A program made the position numbers and the translations under genes. DNA of 64,000 nt, taken from positions 85,218-149,217 of the forward strand of contig CAZSAP010000005.1 in NCBI GenBank assembly GCA_964604705.1. Direction: 5' to 3'. Numbering within the stretch: the stretch's first letter is position 1; each line of letters starts with the position of its first letter. This DNA comes from an uncultured bacterium (GTDB lineage Bacteria; Oederibacteriota; JAAXVQ01). This document shows, in pieces, positions 1 through 10,094 of the stretch. The notes under the pieces are model-generated. The model searched no databases and was not told where the DNA came from. It worked only from the letters and a program-made list of their open reading frames with translations.

Positions 1-1758
1 TTAGCCCAGTTTAATCTCGGGTTGGCCCTTTATAAAATGGAACGATTTGATGAAGCCAAAGATGTATTGATACATGCATTGGATATCAATAAAAAAGATG
101 AACACGCCCATGCTCAGGTGGACGGACCTGCGAATCAAATCTTAGGGATTGTTTACTTTAACCATTTGAAAGATAACCGAAAAGCCATTGCTTGTTTTGA
201 ACGTAGTTTGAAATTGCAAGGGAAGGATGCAGATACCAGTTATGCGTTGGGGGTTGCGTATTTTCGTTTGAAAGAATATGAACATGCCTTACGGAATTTA
301 GAACAGGCGGTAGAAAGCGGTCGAGTTCCGGACGCGGATTGGCATTATCAGAAAGCATTGGCACTGACAGAATTGGGGCGTGAAGCCGAGGCGCTAATAA
401 GCTACCAAGAGGCATTGAAGCGTAAACCGGATTTTTCCGCCGTACTTGAAAACCTAGCTTTGATTTATCATCGCCAAAATAAGGATGATGAGACCATCGC
501 GGTCTTGAGTCGGTTGATTAAAATCGAACCCATGAATTTTAATGCTAATTACATGCTTGGGATACATTATTACCGAAAAAAAATGTACACGGAGATGGTG
601 GCGGCTTACAATCGGGCCGTGGCTGTGAAACCAGATCTGGCGGATGCGCATTATAATTTGGGTATGGCCTATTATTATCAAACTCGGTATGAGTTGGCGG
701 TTGAAGAACTGAAAAAGACAGTTGAACTCAATCCCAAGGATGTGGATGCTTACAACTTGTTGGGACAAGCGCAAACTGCAGCCGTTGAAAGCTATTTGCA
801 TCAAGGCGGAACGTATTTGGCGCAAGAGAATTACAGCGATGCTTCTGCCGTGTTGCAGAAAGTCTTTGCGGTGGACCCTGGCAACATCAAGGCCAAAGAA
901 CTGTTGGAAGAAGCAGAACGGCGAGTACGTGAGGAGTACGCCGCACATATGCGGCTGGGGGATAAGTTTGCCAATGAGAACAAACTAGAAGATGCATATA
1001 ACGAATACGAACTTGCCACTCGTTTGAAACCCACATCTCCTGAGGCATTGGAAGGGAGAAGAAAAGCCAGTCAGCAAATGGGACAGTTGCTCAACCAGCG
1101 AATGCAAAAAGCCAAATTGGCGGAACAACAACGAGACTTTCGCGAAGCGTATGCTCAATATGAATCCGCCTTGGAATTACGGCCGGATTATGCACTGGCT
1201 AAGAAGGCTTTGGTTGACTTGAAAACATTCTTGAAATCGGAAAGTCAGCGCCAATTTAAATTGGCCGAACAATACGTCGGAAACGAACAATTAAACGAAG
1301 CTGCGCTAGAATACAAAAGAATCTTGAAAAATGTCGAAGTTACGAAGGATGAGGTTGAACAGGAACGCGCTTTGGCCGGGTTGACTCGAGTTAACGCGAC
1401 TCGGGCGGAATTAATCGCTCAATATCTAGCTCAGGGAAAGAAGCTTATTGGTGGGAACGAGGCCAAAGCCAAAGAACTGTTTAACCGTGTATTAAAATTG
1501 GATCCGCAACACAAACTCGCCAATGAGTATATTGTCAAATTAACCGGCGCACAGTCACAAGCCAAAGTTACGGATGAACAGATTAAAACAACCTATTACC
1601 GTGGTGTGGATTTTTATGTCAATGGCAAGATTGAGGAGGCCATCCAAGAATGGGAAAAGGTAGTGGCCTTGGATCCGGAAAACCAAGATGCCAAAATCAA
1701 CATCACACGCGCCAAAGCGAAGTTGGCTGCAATCCGAAAATTGACTCAAGGGAATTAA
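1..1758 (+). CDS. Multi-TPR repeat protein (5' truncated by window edge)
   Basis: Frame is open from base 1 (LAQFNLGLALYKM...). Many TPR units, e.g. DAHYNLGMAYYYQTRYELAVEELKKTVELNPKD and YYRGVDFYVNGKIEEAIQEWEKVVALDPEN. Confidence 0.9.
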   Translation, partial: LAQFNLGLALYKMERFDEAKDVLIHALDINKKDEHAHAQVDGPANQILGIVYFNHLKDNRKAIACFERSLKLQGKDADTSYALGVAYFRLKEYEHALRNLEQAVESGRVPDADWHYQKALALTELGREAEALISYQEALKRKPDFSAVLENLALIYHRQNKDDETIAVLSRLIKIEPMNFNANYMLGIHYYRKKMYTEMVAAYNRAVAVKPDLADAHYNLGMAYYYQTRYELAVEELKKTVELNPKDVDAYNLLGQAQTAAVESYLHQGGTYLAQENYSDASAVLQKVFAVDPGNIKAKELLEEAERRVREEYAAHMRLGDKFANENKLEDAYNEYELATRLKPTSPEALEGRRKASQQMGQLLNQRMQKAKLAEQQRDFREAYAQYESALELRPDYALAKKALVDLKTFLKSESQRQFKLAEQYVGNEQLNEAALEYKRILKNVEVTKDEVEQERALAGLTRVNATRAELIAQYLAQGKKLIGGNEAKAKELFNRVLKLDPQHKLANEYIVKLTGAQSQAKVTDEQIKTTYYRGVDFYVNGKIEEAIQEWEKVVALDPENQDAKINITRAKAKLAAIRKLTQGN

Positions 1759-1874
1759 ATTGCACAATAGGCTGCAGAAACTAACCTTGGAATATGGTTC
1801 GGCTTGCTCTGTTGGTTTTGCGAAATTTAAGACGGCCCCATAGGTTTGTCTGCAAGAATGCCATTGAGGCAAGT

Positions 1875-2531
1875 ATGTGGCTAGGCAAAAGGAAAACGTT
1901 GATTGTGAATCAGGTGCTTGCAGTGGTAAATTTAGGAATAGCGGGATTCTATGGTGTTACTATTCTCTGGCATATGTTTCATCCTGGGGAGAATATTGAG
2001 TACACCCGCATGCTTATGTTTGTATGCTTGGGAACCATTCCGATGGTGTTTATGCTCGCACTGTTCGGCGGCTATGATCGCTGGATGCTATGGTCTGATC
2101 AGTTGCGTGAATGGGCCAGACATGGTTTTTGGACTTTGATTGCGGTCTTGGGATTACTGCTTGTTTTATGTTTACTCCCCGTTGGATTGCTGTTGGGCGT
2201 ATGGTTTGGCATGGGATTGAAATTTGGGCTCTTGTTTCTATTGTATTTTCTCCCCTTGGGAGTGCGCATGGTTACAACTTCTTCCAAGGCTTCAACAGAA
2301 GCTGCAATTATGCAAACCATACTGTATTTTACCTCTTTTTTTTTGGGGATCGGCATTACGGCTGTGGTTTCTCGTCTGCCAGGTGGTGTCACGGTATATG
2401 AACAGCATGTGCAGAAAATTTGGCCCAATTACTCCGATGCCGCCAAGGTTTTTTTTAGTGTGTCTATGTTTGCGTTGGTCAATCAAATGTTGGAAGCCAG
2501 GCATGCGCTCATCTTTTTACTTAGGAAATGA
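1875..2531 (+). CDS. Hypothetical integral membrane protein
   Basis: Several hydrophobic helices; GAGG at 1866-1869 precedes ATG 1875 (track start 1794 probably too far upstream). No family recognised. Confidence 0.65.
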   Translation: MWLGKRKTLIVNQVLAVVNLGIAGFYGVTILWHMFHPGENIEYTRMLMFVCLGTIPMVFMLALFGGYDRWMLWSDQLREWARHGFWTLIAVLGLLLVLCLLPVGLLLGVWFGMGLKFGLLFLLYFLPLGVRMVTTSSKASTEAAIMQTILYFTSFFLGIGITAVVSRLPGGVTVYEQHVQKIWPNYSDAAKVFFSVSMFALVNQMLEARHALIFLLRK

Positions 2532-2894
2532 GACTGCGAAAAAAATGCGAACCTGTGAGCGGGATTGATGGGGGAACACGAATGACGTTGATCTTGTTCG
2601 TAGCAACAGGCTGGAGTGTTAGTAGGAGCTCGAGCGAAGATATCGATGTCCGAAACTACCCGAAGTATGCATCTGGAACTGTTGGTTGTCCCTAAGGTAA
2701 CCACCACAAACGCTTGTACAGAAAACCGAGGCGAAATTAGCACTTAAGAGTTAAAAAACTAAAACGCTTTTTTCAATTGTTTTTCTCTGGGCGTATCCCG
2801 GTTGACAATGCTAAAATATCCAGCTATTCAGTCTGCGGGGATATTGGTTTTCCCGAGTTTGAAAAGGTTTATTTAATTATTGTACGAAGGAGCC

Positions 2895-5567
2895 ATGTTT
2901 GTGAATTCTGAGTCTACTTCCAAAATCGCGGCGGAACCCGCAGGTCAATTTTCTTCCACCAAATACGATCCTACCCAGTTTGAAGATAAGTGGTACAAAA
3001 CCTGGGAGGAAGCAGGCCTTTTTAAGGGCGAGCCTGGTTCCCAAAAGCCTTCATTTTCCATTGTGATTCCACCCCCGAATGTTACCGGGAGCTTGCATAT
3101 TGGTCATGCGCTTAATAACACTCTTCAGGATATTTTGGCGCGACGAAAACGTATGCAGGGATTTGATGTGCTTTGGGTACCTGGGTGTGACCATGCTGGG
3201 ATTGCCACGCAGAATGTTGTGGAAAGGCAATTGGCAAAAGAAAAATTGACCCGGCATGATTTGGGACGTGAGAAATTTATCGAACGTGTGTGGACTTGGA
3301 AAAAAGAATACGGGGATACCATTATGCGCCAATTACGGCGGTTGGGGTCCTCATTGGATTGGTCACGCGAGCGTTTCACCATGGACGAAGGGCTGTCCGA
3401 AGCTGTAAAGGACGTTTTTATTCGCCTGCATCAGGAAGGCCTTATTTATCAAGGCGACTACATCATCAACTGGTGCCCCCGGTGCCGTACGGCGCTTTCG
3501 GACATTGAAACCGAGCATGAGGATCTATCCGGCCACTTCTGGCATTTACGTTATCCACTGGTAGAGGGCGGCGGTGAGTTGGTCGTGGCAACCACTCGAC
3601 CTGAGACCATGTTGGGTGACACAGCAGTTGCGGTTCATCCAGAGGATGAACGTTATCAGCATTTGATTGGCAAGATGGTTCGGCTGCCTTTAATGAATCG
3701 TGACATTCCAGTGATTGCAGATACCTATGTAGACCGTGAATTTGGAACCGGGGTAGTGAAGATTACTCCGGCGCATGATCCAAATGATTTCTTGGTGGGT
3801 GATCGGCATAATCTGCCACGCGTCAACGTGATGAATCCCGATGGGACCATGAGTGCGGAGGCGGGCAAGTACCAGGGGTTGGATCGTTTTGCCTGTCGCA
3901 AGCAGGTGGTGTCCGATTTGGAAGCCGGCGGGTATTTGGTGAAGGTTGAGGATCATGCGCATGCGGTAGGACATTGCTATCGCTGCCATACGGTAGTGGA
4001 ACCGTATCTCTCCCGGCAATGGTTTGTGAAGATGAAACCTTTGGCTGCCACAGCCATCGAGGCGTACGATCAAGGAAAGATAGGATTCACACCCGATCAT
4101 TGGGGCAACGTTTTCCGTGATTGGTTGGAAAATACTCGTGATTGGTGTATTTCTCGCCAACTGTGGTGGGGGCATCGCATTCCCGTGTGGTATTGTGACA
4201 CATGCGGAGAAGTGATTGCGGCCAAAGAGGCACCGGATGTTTGTCCCAAGTGCAAGAGCACGAATTTGCGCCAGGATCCAGATGTACTGGATACGTGGTT
4301 TTCCAGCGGACTCTGGCCCTTCTCAACCTTGGGCTGGCCCGAGGCTACGCCTGAGCTGAAACGGTATTACCCCACCAGCGTACTTGTGACATCGTGGGAT
4401 ATTATTTTTTTCTGGGTCGCGCGTATGGCCATGATGGGTTTGAAGTTCATGGGCGATGTCCCGTTTCACCATGTGTGCATTAATTCCTTAGTCGGGGATG
4501 CCGAAGGCAAAAAGATGAGCAAGTCCAAAGGCAACACCGTGGATCCACTTGATATCATGGTGCACACGGGAGCGGATGGACTGCGGTTTACAATGGCGGC
4601 CATTGAAAATCACAGTCGCTATGTGGCCTTTACACCGGACCGCATTGAATCCTCGCGCAATTTTATGAATAAGATTTGGAATGCCGCGCGCTTTGCGGCA
4701 ATGAATTTGGAAGGCTATACAGAACCCGCGCAGATACCCGAACCTGAATTTGCCGATCGTTGGATTTTGTCGCGTCTGGAAGTGACCGTGGCGAGCGTCA
4801 ACCAATCCTTGGAAGGATATCGCTTCGGGGAAGCGGCCTTGACACTCTATGAGTTTGTCTGGAAAGATTTTTGCGATTGGTACGTGGAGCTTATCAAGTT
4901 GCGCTTGTACGGCAACGATGCTGGGAAGCAACAGGCCCAGTATTTTCTTTTGCGTGTGTTGGATGAAGTGTTGCGTTTGTTACATCCGTTTATACCGTTT
5001 ATCACTGAGGAAATTTGGTCGCACCTTCCGGGGGCACGTACGTTCTTGATGAAGTCGGCTTGGCCGGTGTCAGAACCCTCGCGTCGCGACACTCAGGTGG
5101 AGCATGATATGGATGTTCTCCAGCAAATTATGTACGCGGTTCGCAATATTCGCGGAGAAATGAACGTGCCTCCGGTGCAACAGGTGAAGCTGATCATTCG
5201 CCCGCTGGAAAACGGGGATGCCGGTCCGGTGGAACGCCAGGGGCGTGTGCTCCGGGATTTGCTCAAGTTGTTGGATTTAACCGTCGATGCGGCAGCGGAG
5301 AAACCGGCCTTGTCCGCCGCGGCGGTTGTCGGCGGGTTGGAATTGTTGGTTCCCTTGGAGGGCCTCATTGACCTGGGGAAGGAACGTGAGCGCCTAAACA
5401 AAGAGATCGCCAACCTTGAGAAGGTCGTGGAACGCCTGGAGATCAAGTTGAATAGTGATTTTGCCACCAAGGCTCCTGCGGCGGTGGTTGAGACCGAGCG
5501 TGGGAAACTATCGGAGTATCAGCAAAAATTGTTTCAATTAAAGGCCAATTTGGCCAAACTAAAATAA
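2895..5567 (+). CDS. valS: Valine--tRNA ligase
   Basis: PPPNVTGSLHIGHA (HIGH) and KMSKSKGN motifs, DWCISRQLWWGH, C-terminal coiled coil; GAAGGAG RBS before ATG 2895. Confidence 0.98.
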   Translation: MFVNSESTSKIAAEPAGQFSSTKYDPTQFEDKWYKTWEEAGLFKGEPGSQKPSFSIVIPPPNVTGSLHIGHALNNTLQDILARRKRMQGFDVLWVPGCDHAGIATQNVVERQLAKEKLTRHDLGREKFIERVWTWKKEYGDTIMRQLRRLGSSLDWSRERFTMDEGLSEAVKDVFIRLHQEGLIYQGDYIINWCPRCRTALSDIETEHEDLSGHFWHLRYPLVEGGGELVVATTRPETMLGDTAVAVHPEDERYQHLIGKMVRLPLMNRDIPVIADTYVDREFGTGVVKITPAHDPNDFLVGDRHNLPRVNVMNPDGTMSAEAGKYQGLDRFACRKQVVSDLEAGGYLVKVEDHAHAVGHCYRCHTVVEPYLSRQWFVKMKPLAATAIEAYDQGKIGFTPDHWGNVFRDWLENTRDWCISRQLWWGHRIPVWYCDTCGEVIAAKEAPDVCPKCKSTNLRQDPDVLDTWFSSGLWPFSTLGWPEATPELKRYYPTSVLVTSWDIIFFWVARMAMMGLKFMGDVPFHHVCINSLVGDAEGKKMSKSKGNTVDPLDIMVHTGADGLRFTMAAIENHSRYVAFTPDRIESSRNFMNKIWNAARFAAMNLEGYTEPAQIPEPEFADRWILSRLEVTVASVNQSLEGYRFGEAALTLYEFVWKDFCDWYVELIKLRLYGNDAGKQQAQYFLLRVLDEVLRLLHPFIPFITEEIWSHLPGARTFLMKSAWPVSEPSRRDTQVEHDMDVLQQIMYAVRNIRGEMNVPPVQQVKLIIRPLENGDAGPVERQGRVLRDLLKLLDLTVDAAAEKPALSAAAVVGGLELLVPLEGLIDLGKERERLNKEIANLEKVVERLEIKLNSDFATKAPAAVVETERGKLSEYQQKLFQLKANLAKLK

Positions 5568-5623
5568 TTCTGACTATTTCAGCGTCAAACGAAGGTTGGC
5601 GTTGGAATTAAAAGGGGTTTGCA

Positions 5624-6475
5624 ATGAAGCTATCTTTGCCGAAGAAAATTGTGACCGAGATCGTGAAACGTGCCTTGGCTGAAGATGTTGGGACGGGCGA
5701 CATTACGACCAAATGGATCGCTCGACCTGGGGATGCCATGAAAGGGACCATTTCCGCTCAGGCCGTGGGTGTGGTCGCGGGTTTGCCTTTAGTAGTTGAG
5801 GTGTTTAGACAGATTGATCCTAAGGTTAAAGTGAAACTTGTTTGCCACGATGGGCATAAAGTAAAGTCCGGGGATGATTTGGTTCACATGAGCGGACCGG
5901 CCGCAGCCATTCTTACCGGCGAGCGTACGGCTCTGAATTTTTTAGGCATGCTCTCGGGGATGGCTTCGGCCACGCATCGTTACGTAGAAGCGGTCGCGGG
6001 TACGTCTACTAAAATTTACGACACACGCAAAACACCTCCAGGTATGCGGATTCTTTCCAAATATGCTGTAGCTGCCGGTGGTGGAACCAACCACCGTATT
6101 GGTTTGTACGATGCGGTCTTGATCAAGGACAATCACATCGGGTTGGCCGGATCGGTACGTGATGCCATTTTGCGTGTCCGTGCGAAAAGTCGTAAGTCTC
6201 TCCCCATCGAGGTTGAGGCTGAAACCCTTGAGCAAGTGAAGGAAGCGCTGGAAGCCAAAGCAGAAGTCATTTTGCTCGACAATATGTCCTTTGCCCAATT
6301 GCGTGAAGCCGTACGCCTAATCAATCATAAAGCTGAGATTGAAGTTTCGGGCAGTGTGCCTCTGGCCGAAGCGCGCACCATTGCCCACTTGGGGGTTCAC
6401 CGAATTAGCGTAGGAGGCATTACCCATTCGGCGCCTTGGTTGGCCATGCATTTGGAGTGGGAGCAGACGCGTTGA
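5624..6475 (+). CDS. nadC: Quinolinate phosphoribosyltransferase
   Basis: ALAEDVGTGDIT, GERTALNFL, DTRKTPPG, HRIGLYDAVLIKDNH, IEVEAET, ILLDNM. Confidence 0.96.
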   Translation: MKLSLPKKIVTEIVKRALAEDVGTGDITTKWIARPGDAMKGTISAQAVGVVAGLPLVVEVFRQIDPKVKVKLVCHDGHKVKSGDDLVHMSGPAAAILTGERTALNFLGMLSGMASATHRYVEAVAGTSTKIYDTRKTPPGMRILSKYAVAAGGGTNHRIGLYDAVLIKDNHIGLAGSVRDAILRVRAKSRKSLPIEVEAETLEQVKEALEAKAEVILLDNMSFAQLREAVRLINHKAEIEVSGSVPLAEARTIAHLGVHRISVGGITHSAPWLAMHLEWEQTR

Positions 6476-7452
6476 ACACAGGGCAATTATTGGAATTGCT
6501 GCGCGAGCAAAGAGACGTCTATCTCTCGGGTGAGGAACTTTCCAGCCGCTTGGGTGTATCCCGTACCGCGGTTTGGAAGCATATTCATCAGCTTGAAGAA
6601 TCTGGCTATAAGATTGCAGCCGTTCCGCATTTAGGTTATCGTTTGTTGGAATCACCGGACTTGCTTTTGCCCGATGAAATTCGCGTCGGATTGAAAACCC
6701 GCTACATGGGGCAGCAGGTTGTGTGTTTCAAGGAAACAACATCGACCAACGATCGCGCTCAGGAATTGGCCGCAGCCGGTGCTCCGGAAGGCGTGTTGGT
6801 GGCAACAGAATGTCAAACCCAGGGCAGGGGACGGTACCAACGGCATTGGCTCTCCAAGTCTCATTCGAATTTATTGTTTTCGCTAGTCTTGCGTCCCACC
6901 TGGACATTTGAGCAGATTCCGATGATCACGTTGCTTTTGGCCGTGGCGATAGCGCGCGGGATTCATGCGCATACCGGGTTGCCTGCGAGAGTCAAGTGGC
7001 CGAACGATATACTTATTCAAAATGGAAAAGTATGTGGGATTCTCACTGAAATGCGCACCCAAGCCGATCAGATTACTTCGCTGATTTGCGGTGTAGGACT
7101 TAATGTCAACACTGCGCCCTCAGGGGCCATGAAGACCAAGGCGGTGTCCTTGGCAGGAATTTTAGGGAAACCCGTGCTGCGCGTGCCTCTGTTGCAAGGC
7201 ATTTTGTTAGAGATTGAACACAGTTATGACATTGCGCGTACAAAGGGATTGACGTGGATTTTAGAGCAATGGCCGTTGCTTTCCTGCACACCACCCGGAA
7301 CCGCAGTGGCTTTGGAAATTATGGGTGGAGAACGAATCGAAGGTATGGCCATGGGCATTGATGATTCCGGTGCTTTTTTGGTACGTGTTGAATCAGGAAT
7401 TACCCGTCGTTTTGCCAGTGGTGAAGTGCAGTTGCAGTCCACGGGAGATTAA
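6472..7452 (+). CDS. birA: Bifunctional biotin ligase / repressor (N-terminal HTH)
   Basis: SGEELSSRLGVSRTAVWKHI HTH; QTQGRGRYQRHW, KWPNDI, KVCGILTE. TTG start overlaps the nadC stop. Confidence 0.95.
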   Translation: MNTGQLLELLREQRDVYLSGEELSSRLGVSRTAVWKHIHQLEESGYKIAAVPHLGYRLLESPDLLLPDEIRVGLKTRYMGQQVVCFKETTSTNDRAQELAAAGAPEGVLVATECQTQGRGRYQRHWLSKSHSNLLFSLVLRPTWTFEQIPMITLLLAVAIARGIHAHTGLPARVKWPNDILIQNGKVCGILTEMRTQADQITSLICGVGLNVNTAPSGAMKTKAVSLAGILGKPVLRVPLLQGILLEIEHSYDIARTKGLTWILEQWPLLSCTPPGTAVALEIMGGERIEGMAMGIDDSGAFLVRVESGITRRFASGEVQLQSTGD

Positions 7453-7490
7453 CTCGAGCTAATTTAAAGCAGGTGAGCCCCTGCGGAGAA

Positions 7491-8270
7491 ATGACCATGG
7501 TACTATTGGTAAATGTCGGCAATACCCATACCGCGCTTGGCATCATTCAAGGCGAACACGTGAAGCCTCTGGCTTCTTTGTCTACCCAGCGAAAAGGTAC
7601 AGGTGTGTCTTGGAAACGCCTGTTGCGGCCCGTACTGGTGCCCTTCTTAAACAAACCTTGGACCGCTGTGGTGGCCGCAGGGGTGGTACCCGAAGTAACG
7701 GCTGCCTTAACCATGGCTTTGGAAAGCTTAACGCAAACATCGGTGCATTGGATAACGGCCCAGTCCCCCTTACCTATTAAAAACCTATATCGTCCAGGCT
7801 CGACCTTGGGAATGGATAGGTTGTTAAATGCTGTGGCTGCGGTTCACAGAGTAGGGGCACCGGTGGTTGTCGTAGATGCGGGAACGGCAATCAATTTGGA
7901 TGTGGTGGATGCGAAAAAGCGTTTTATCGGAGGCGCCATCTTGCCGGGGGTGCATACCGCATTGCAGGGCTTGACGGCGCAAACATCCCAGCTTTCGCAG
8001 GCTCGTCTAATTCATCCCAAGCGTATTGTCGGTCGGAGTACTGAGGAAGGCTTGGCCTCGGGTATTGTCATTGGGACCGGTGCAGCCGTGGCTGTTTTGG
8101 TGGCGGAAATTCGTCGCGAATATGGACCTTGTACCCGAGTGTTGGGTACTGGTGGCGGGATTCACTGGATATTGCCATACTGTCCAGACATAGAAACTGT
8201 TTGTCCACATTTAGCACTTGAGGGTTTACAGGCGATTTGGATGCATTCCAGAGCAAAGAGGTCACGGTGA
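7491..8270 (+). CDS. coaX: Type III pantothenate kinase
   Basis: NVGNT (usually DxGNT), LGMDRLLN, VVDAGTAINLD, GGAILPG; typical position after birA. Confidence 0.9.
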   Translation: MTMVLLVNVGNTHTALGIIQGEHVKPLASLSTQRKGTGVSWKRLLRPVLVPFLNKPWTAVVAAGVVPEVTAALTMALESLTQTSVHWITAQSPLPIKNLYRPGSTLGMDRLLNAVAAVHRVGAPVVVVDAGTAINLDVVDAKKRFIGGAILPGVHTALQGLTAQTSQLSQARLIHPKRIVGRSTEEGLASGIVIGTGAAVAVLVAEIRREYGPCTRVLGTGGGIHWILPYCPDIETVCPHLALEGLQAIWMHSRAKRSR

Positions 8271-8818
8271 ATCGAATACTGCTTGGAATTGGAGTTGTTC
8301 TCACAGCTTTTCTAAGTGTAACGCTCAAAGCGCAAGAATTACCTGAACTTCCGACGCCAGCGCATACCAGCGACGCCAGCGCCTCGTTGACCTGGGAACA
8401 TAATCAATTTCAGTTTTCCTTACCCTCACTTCAGATGGGGAGGGTATCCTCCGATGCATTTTTAGGTGAGATTACATTATGCTATTTTTGGTCTGAATGG
8501 AATCGAACCAGCGTGCAGCAATTGCAAAAGCTCAATGATTTTTGGCTAAAATATCACCTTTTGGGTGTTCAACTGGTGGGCTTTTGTGTGGATTCCACTC
8601 CGGATTCAGCTCAGTCCCTTTTTCAACGTTCCAACTGGCGTTTTGCTTGTGCCCGAGTTTTTTCCCAGCAGCTTCTGTATTCACGCAGTCCGGTAAAAAC
8701 ACTGCCTACCTTGATTGTGCTTTCACCCGGAGGGGTCATCTTTCGGAAATACGAGGGATTTTTATCCACCGATGTTTTAGAAACCGATGTCATTCTCCTC
8801 TTGCGCCAGAAACCCTAA
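8267..8818 (+). CDS. Exported thioredoxin-fold (TlpA/redoxin-like) protein lacking CxxC
   Basis: Signal peptide; LCYFWSEW where xNFWASWCxxC is expected; cis-Pro motif TLPTLIVLSPGGVIFRKYEG. GTG start overlaps the coaX stop. Confidence 0.65.
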   Translation: MNRILLGIGVVLTAFLSVTLKAQELPELPTPAHTSDASASLTWEHNQFQFSLPSLQMGRVSSDAFLGEITLCYFWSEWNRTSVQQLQKLNDFWLKYHLLGVQLVGFCVDSTPDSAQSLFQRSNWRFACARVFSQQLLYSRSPVKTLPTLIVLSPGGVIFRKYEGFLSTDVLETDVILLLRQKP

Positions 8819-8925
8819 GATGTTTCTTGCTCCCATCGTTGTAACTTCCTAAGGTTTCCATTTTTCATTCGCAGTGAGTGTGGTATGATGACCGCATCAA
8901 TCAACACTCGGGTGGGTGAATACGC

Positions 8926-10086
8926 ATGGCGTTGCATTGCACCGTGGGGAAAAGCAAAGCGCCGGATGGGATAACCGCCGGGCGTCAGGCCGCACAAGCC
9001 TGTGCCGGTGCATTACTTCAAAAACCCGATGTTCTTTTATTATTCTGCAGTCCACAGTATCATCCACAACATGCACTTCAAGGTATTCGTGATATTTTTC
9101 CCGAAACGGCCATTTTGGGCTGTAGTTCAGCCGCGGAAATACATTCGACCGGATCCGATGAGCATTCGGTTGTTTTGGGTGCGATCGCTGGAGTGCAGCT
9201 GCGTATGGGAGTGGGTGGGGATATTCAAAAAGATCCCTTTCGCGCTGGAAAAGTATTAGGTGAAAAATTGGCTGGCCCTGCCGGGCGAATTGCGCTGATT
9301 TTTAGCGATGGATTGGCTGGTGACGGAGGCGCCGTGGTACGTGGTATTCAAGCAGGTTTGGCACATCCCATGCCTTTGGTAGGTGGTGCCGCAGGAGATG
9401 AATTTGTATTTCAAAAAACGTTTCAGTACTTCAATGAACAGGTGCTGGAGCAGACGGTATTGGGTGCGGTACTGGAAGGTGATTTTGAATTTGGAGTAGG
9501 CGTGCGTCATGGATGGGAACCGGTAGGGTTGCCGGTTAAAGTTACCCGTTCCTCAGGCCCGCGACTCATGGAGGTCAACGGGAGTCCGGCTGTAAAATTC
9601 TATGAAGAATATTTTGGCGAGTATTTTGATCCCCAAGGGCAACAACCGTTTGGGCGGCTGGGGATACTTTATCCTTTGGGTATGGCGATTCCCGAATCCC
9701 CTGAGTATTTATTGCGCGCTCCATTTTCCGTAGATTCCGATGGTTCGGTCAACTATGCGGCGGATCTTCCGGAAGGAGCAGACGTACGCCTCATGATCGG
9801 AAGCGCGGAAGGGGGGATTCGCGCTGCCCGTATTGCCGCGATGGAAGCGCTTTCACAAATGCGCGGCAAATTGCCTCAGTTGGCCTTGGTGTTTAATTGT
9901 ATAGCCCGAAGGAAAATGTTTGGGCGCAGAGCGGAAGAAGAGTTGGCAACCATTCGTGACATTATTGGGGAGCGTGTTCCCATGTTGGGGTTTTATACCT
10001 TTGGAGAAATTGCACCTGTGGAAGGGATTGTTACCAATCCTGTGTTTTTTCATAACGAGACTGTTGTGATCATGTTATTGGGGTAG
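8926..10086 (+). CDS. FIST N/C domain sensory protein (NosP-like)
   Basis: ILGCSSAAEI, IFSDGL, LVGGAAGD, GVRHGWEPVG, FNCIARR, GFYTFGEI. Confidence 0.9.
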   Translation: MALHCTVGKSKAPDGITAGRQAAQACAGALLQKPDVLLLFCSPQYHPQHALQGIRDIFPETAILGCSSAAEIHSTGSDEHSVVLGAIAGVQLRMGVGGDIQKDPFRAGKVLGEKLAGPAGRIALIFSDGLAGDGGAVVRGIQAGLAHPMPLVGGAAGDEFVFQKTFQYFNEQVLEQTVLGAVLEGDFEFGVGVRHGWEPVGLPVKVTRSSGPRLMEVNGSPAVKFYEEYFGEYFDPQGQQPFGRLGILYPLGMAIPESPEYLLRAPFSVDSDGSVNYAADLPEGADVRLMIGSAEGGIRAARIAAMEALSQMRGKLPQLALVFNCIARRKMFGRRAEEELATIRDIIGERVPMLGFYTFGEIAPVEGIVTNPVFFHNETVVIMLLG

Positions 10087-10094
10087 GTGAACGC

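Noticed and set aside
2483-2743. 86-aa minus-strand ORF in the valS leader
   Set aside because: No RBS or recognisable motif, and it overlaps the 3' end of the upstream gene.
2532-2880. T-box riboswitch or 6S-like RNA upstream of valS
   Set aside because: No T-box AGGGTGGNACCGCG motif; short complementary patches (CAACAG/CTGTTG) do not form a consistent rod. A covariance-model (Infernal/Rfam) search would settle it.
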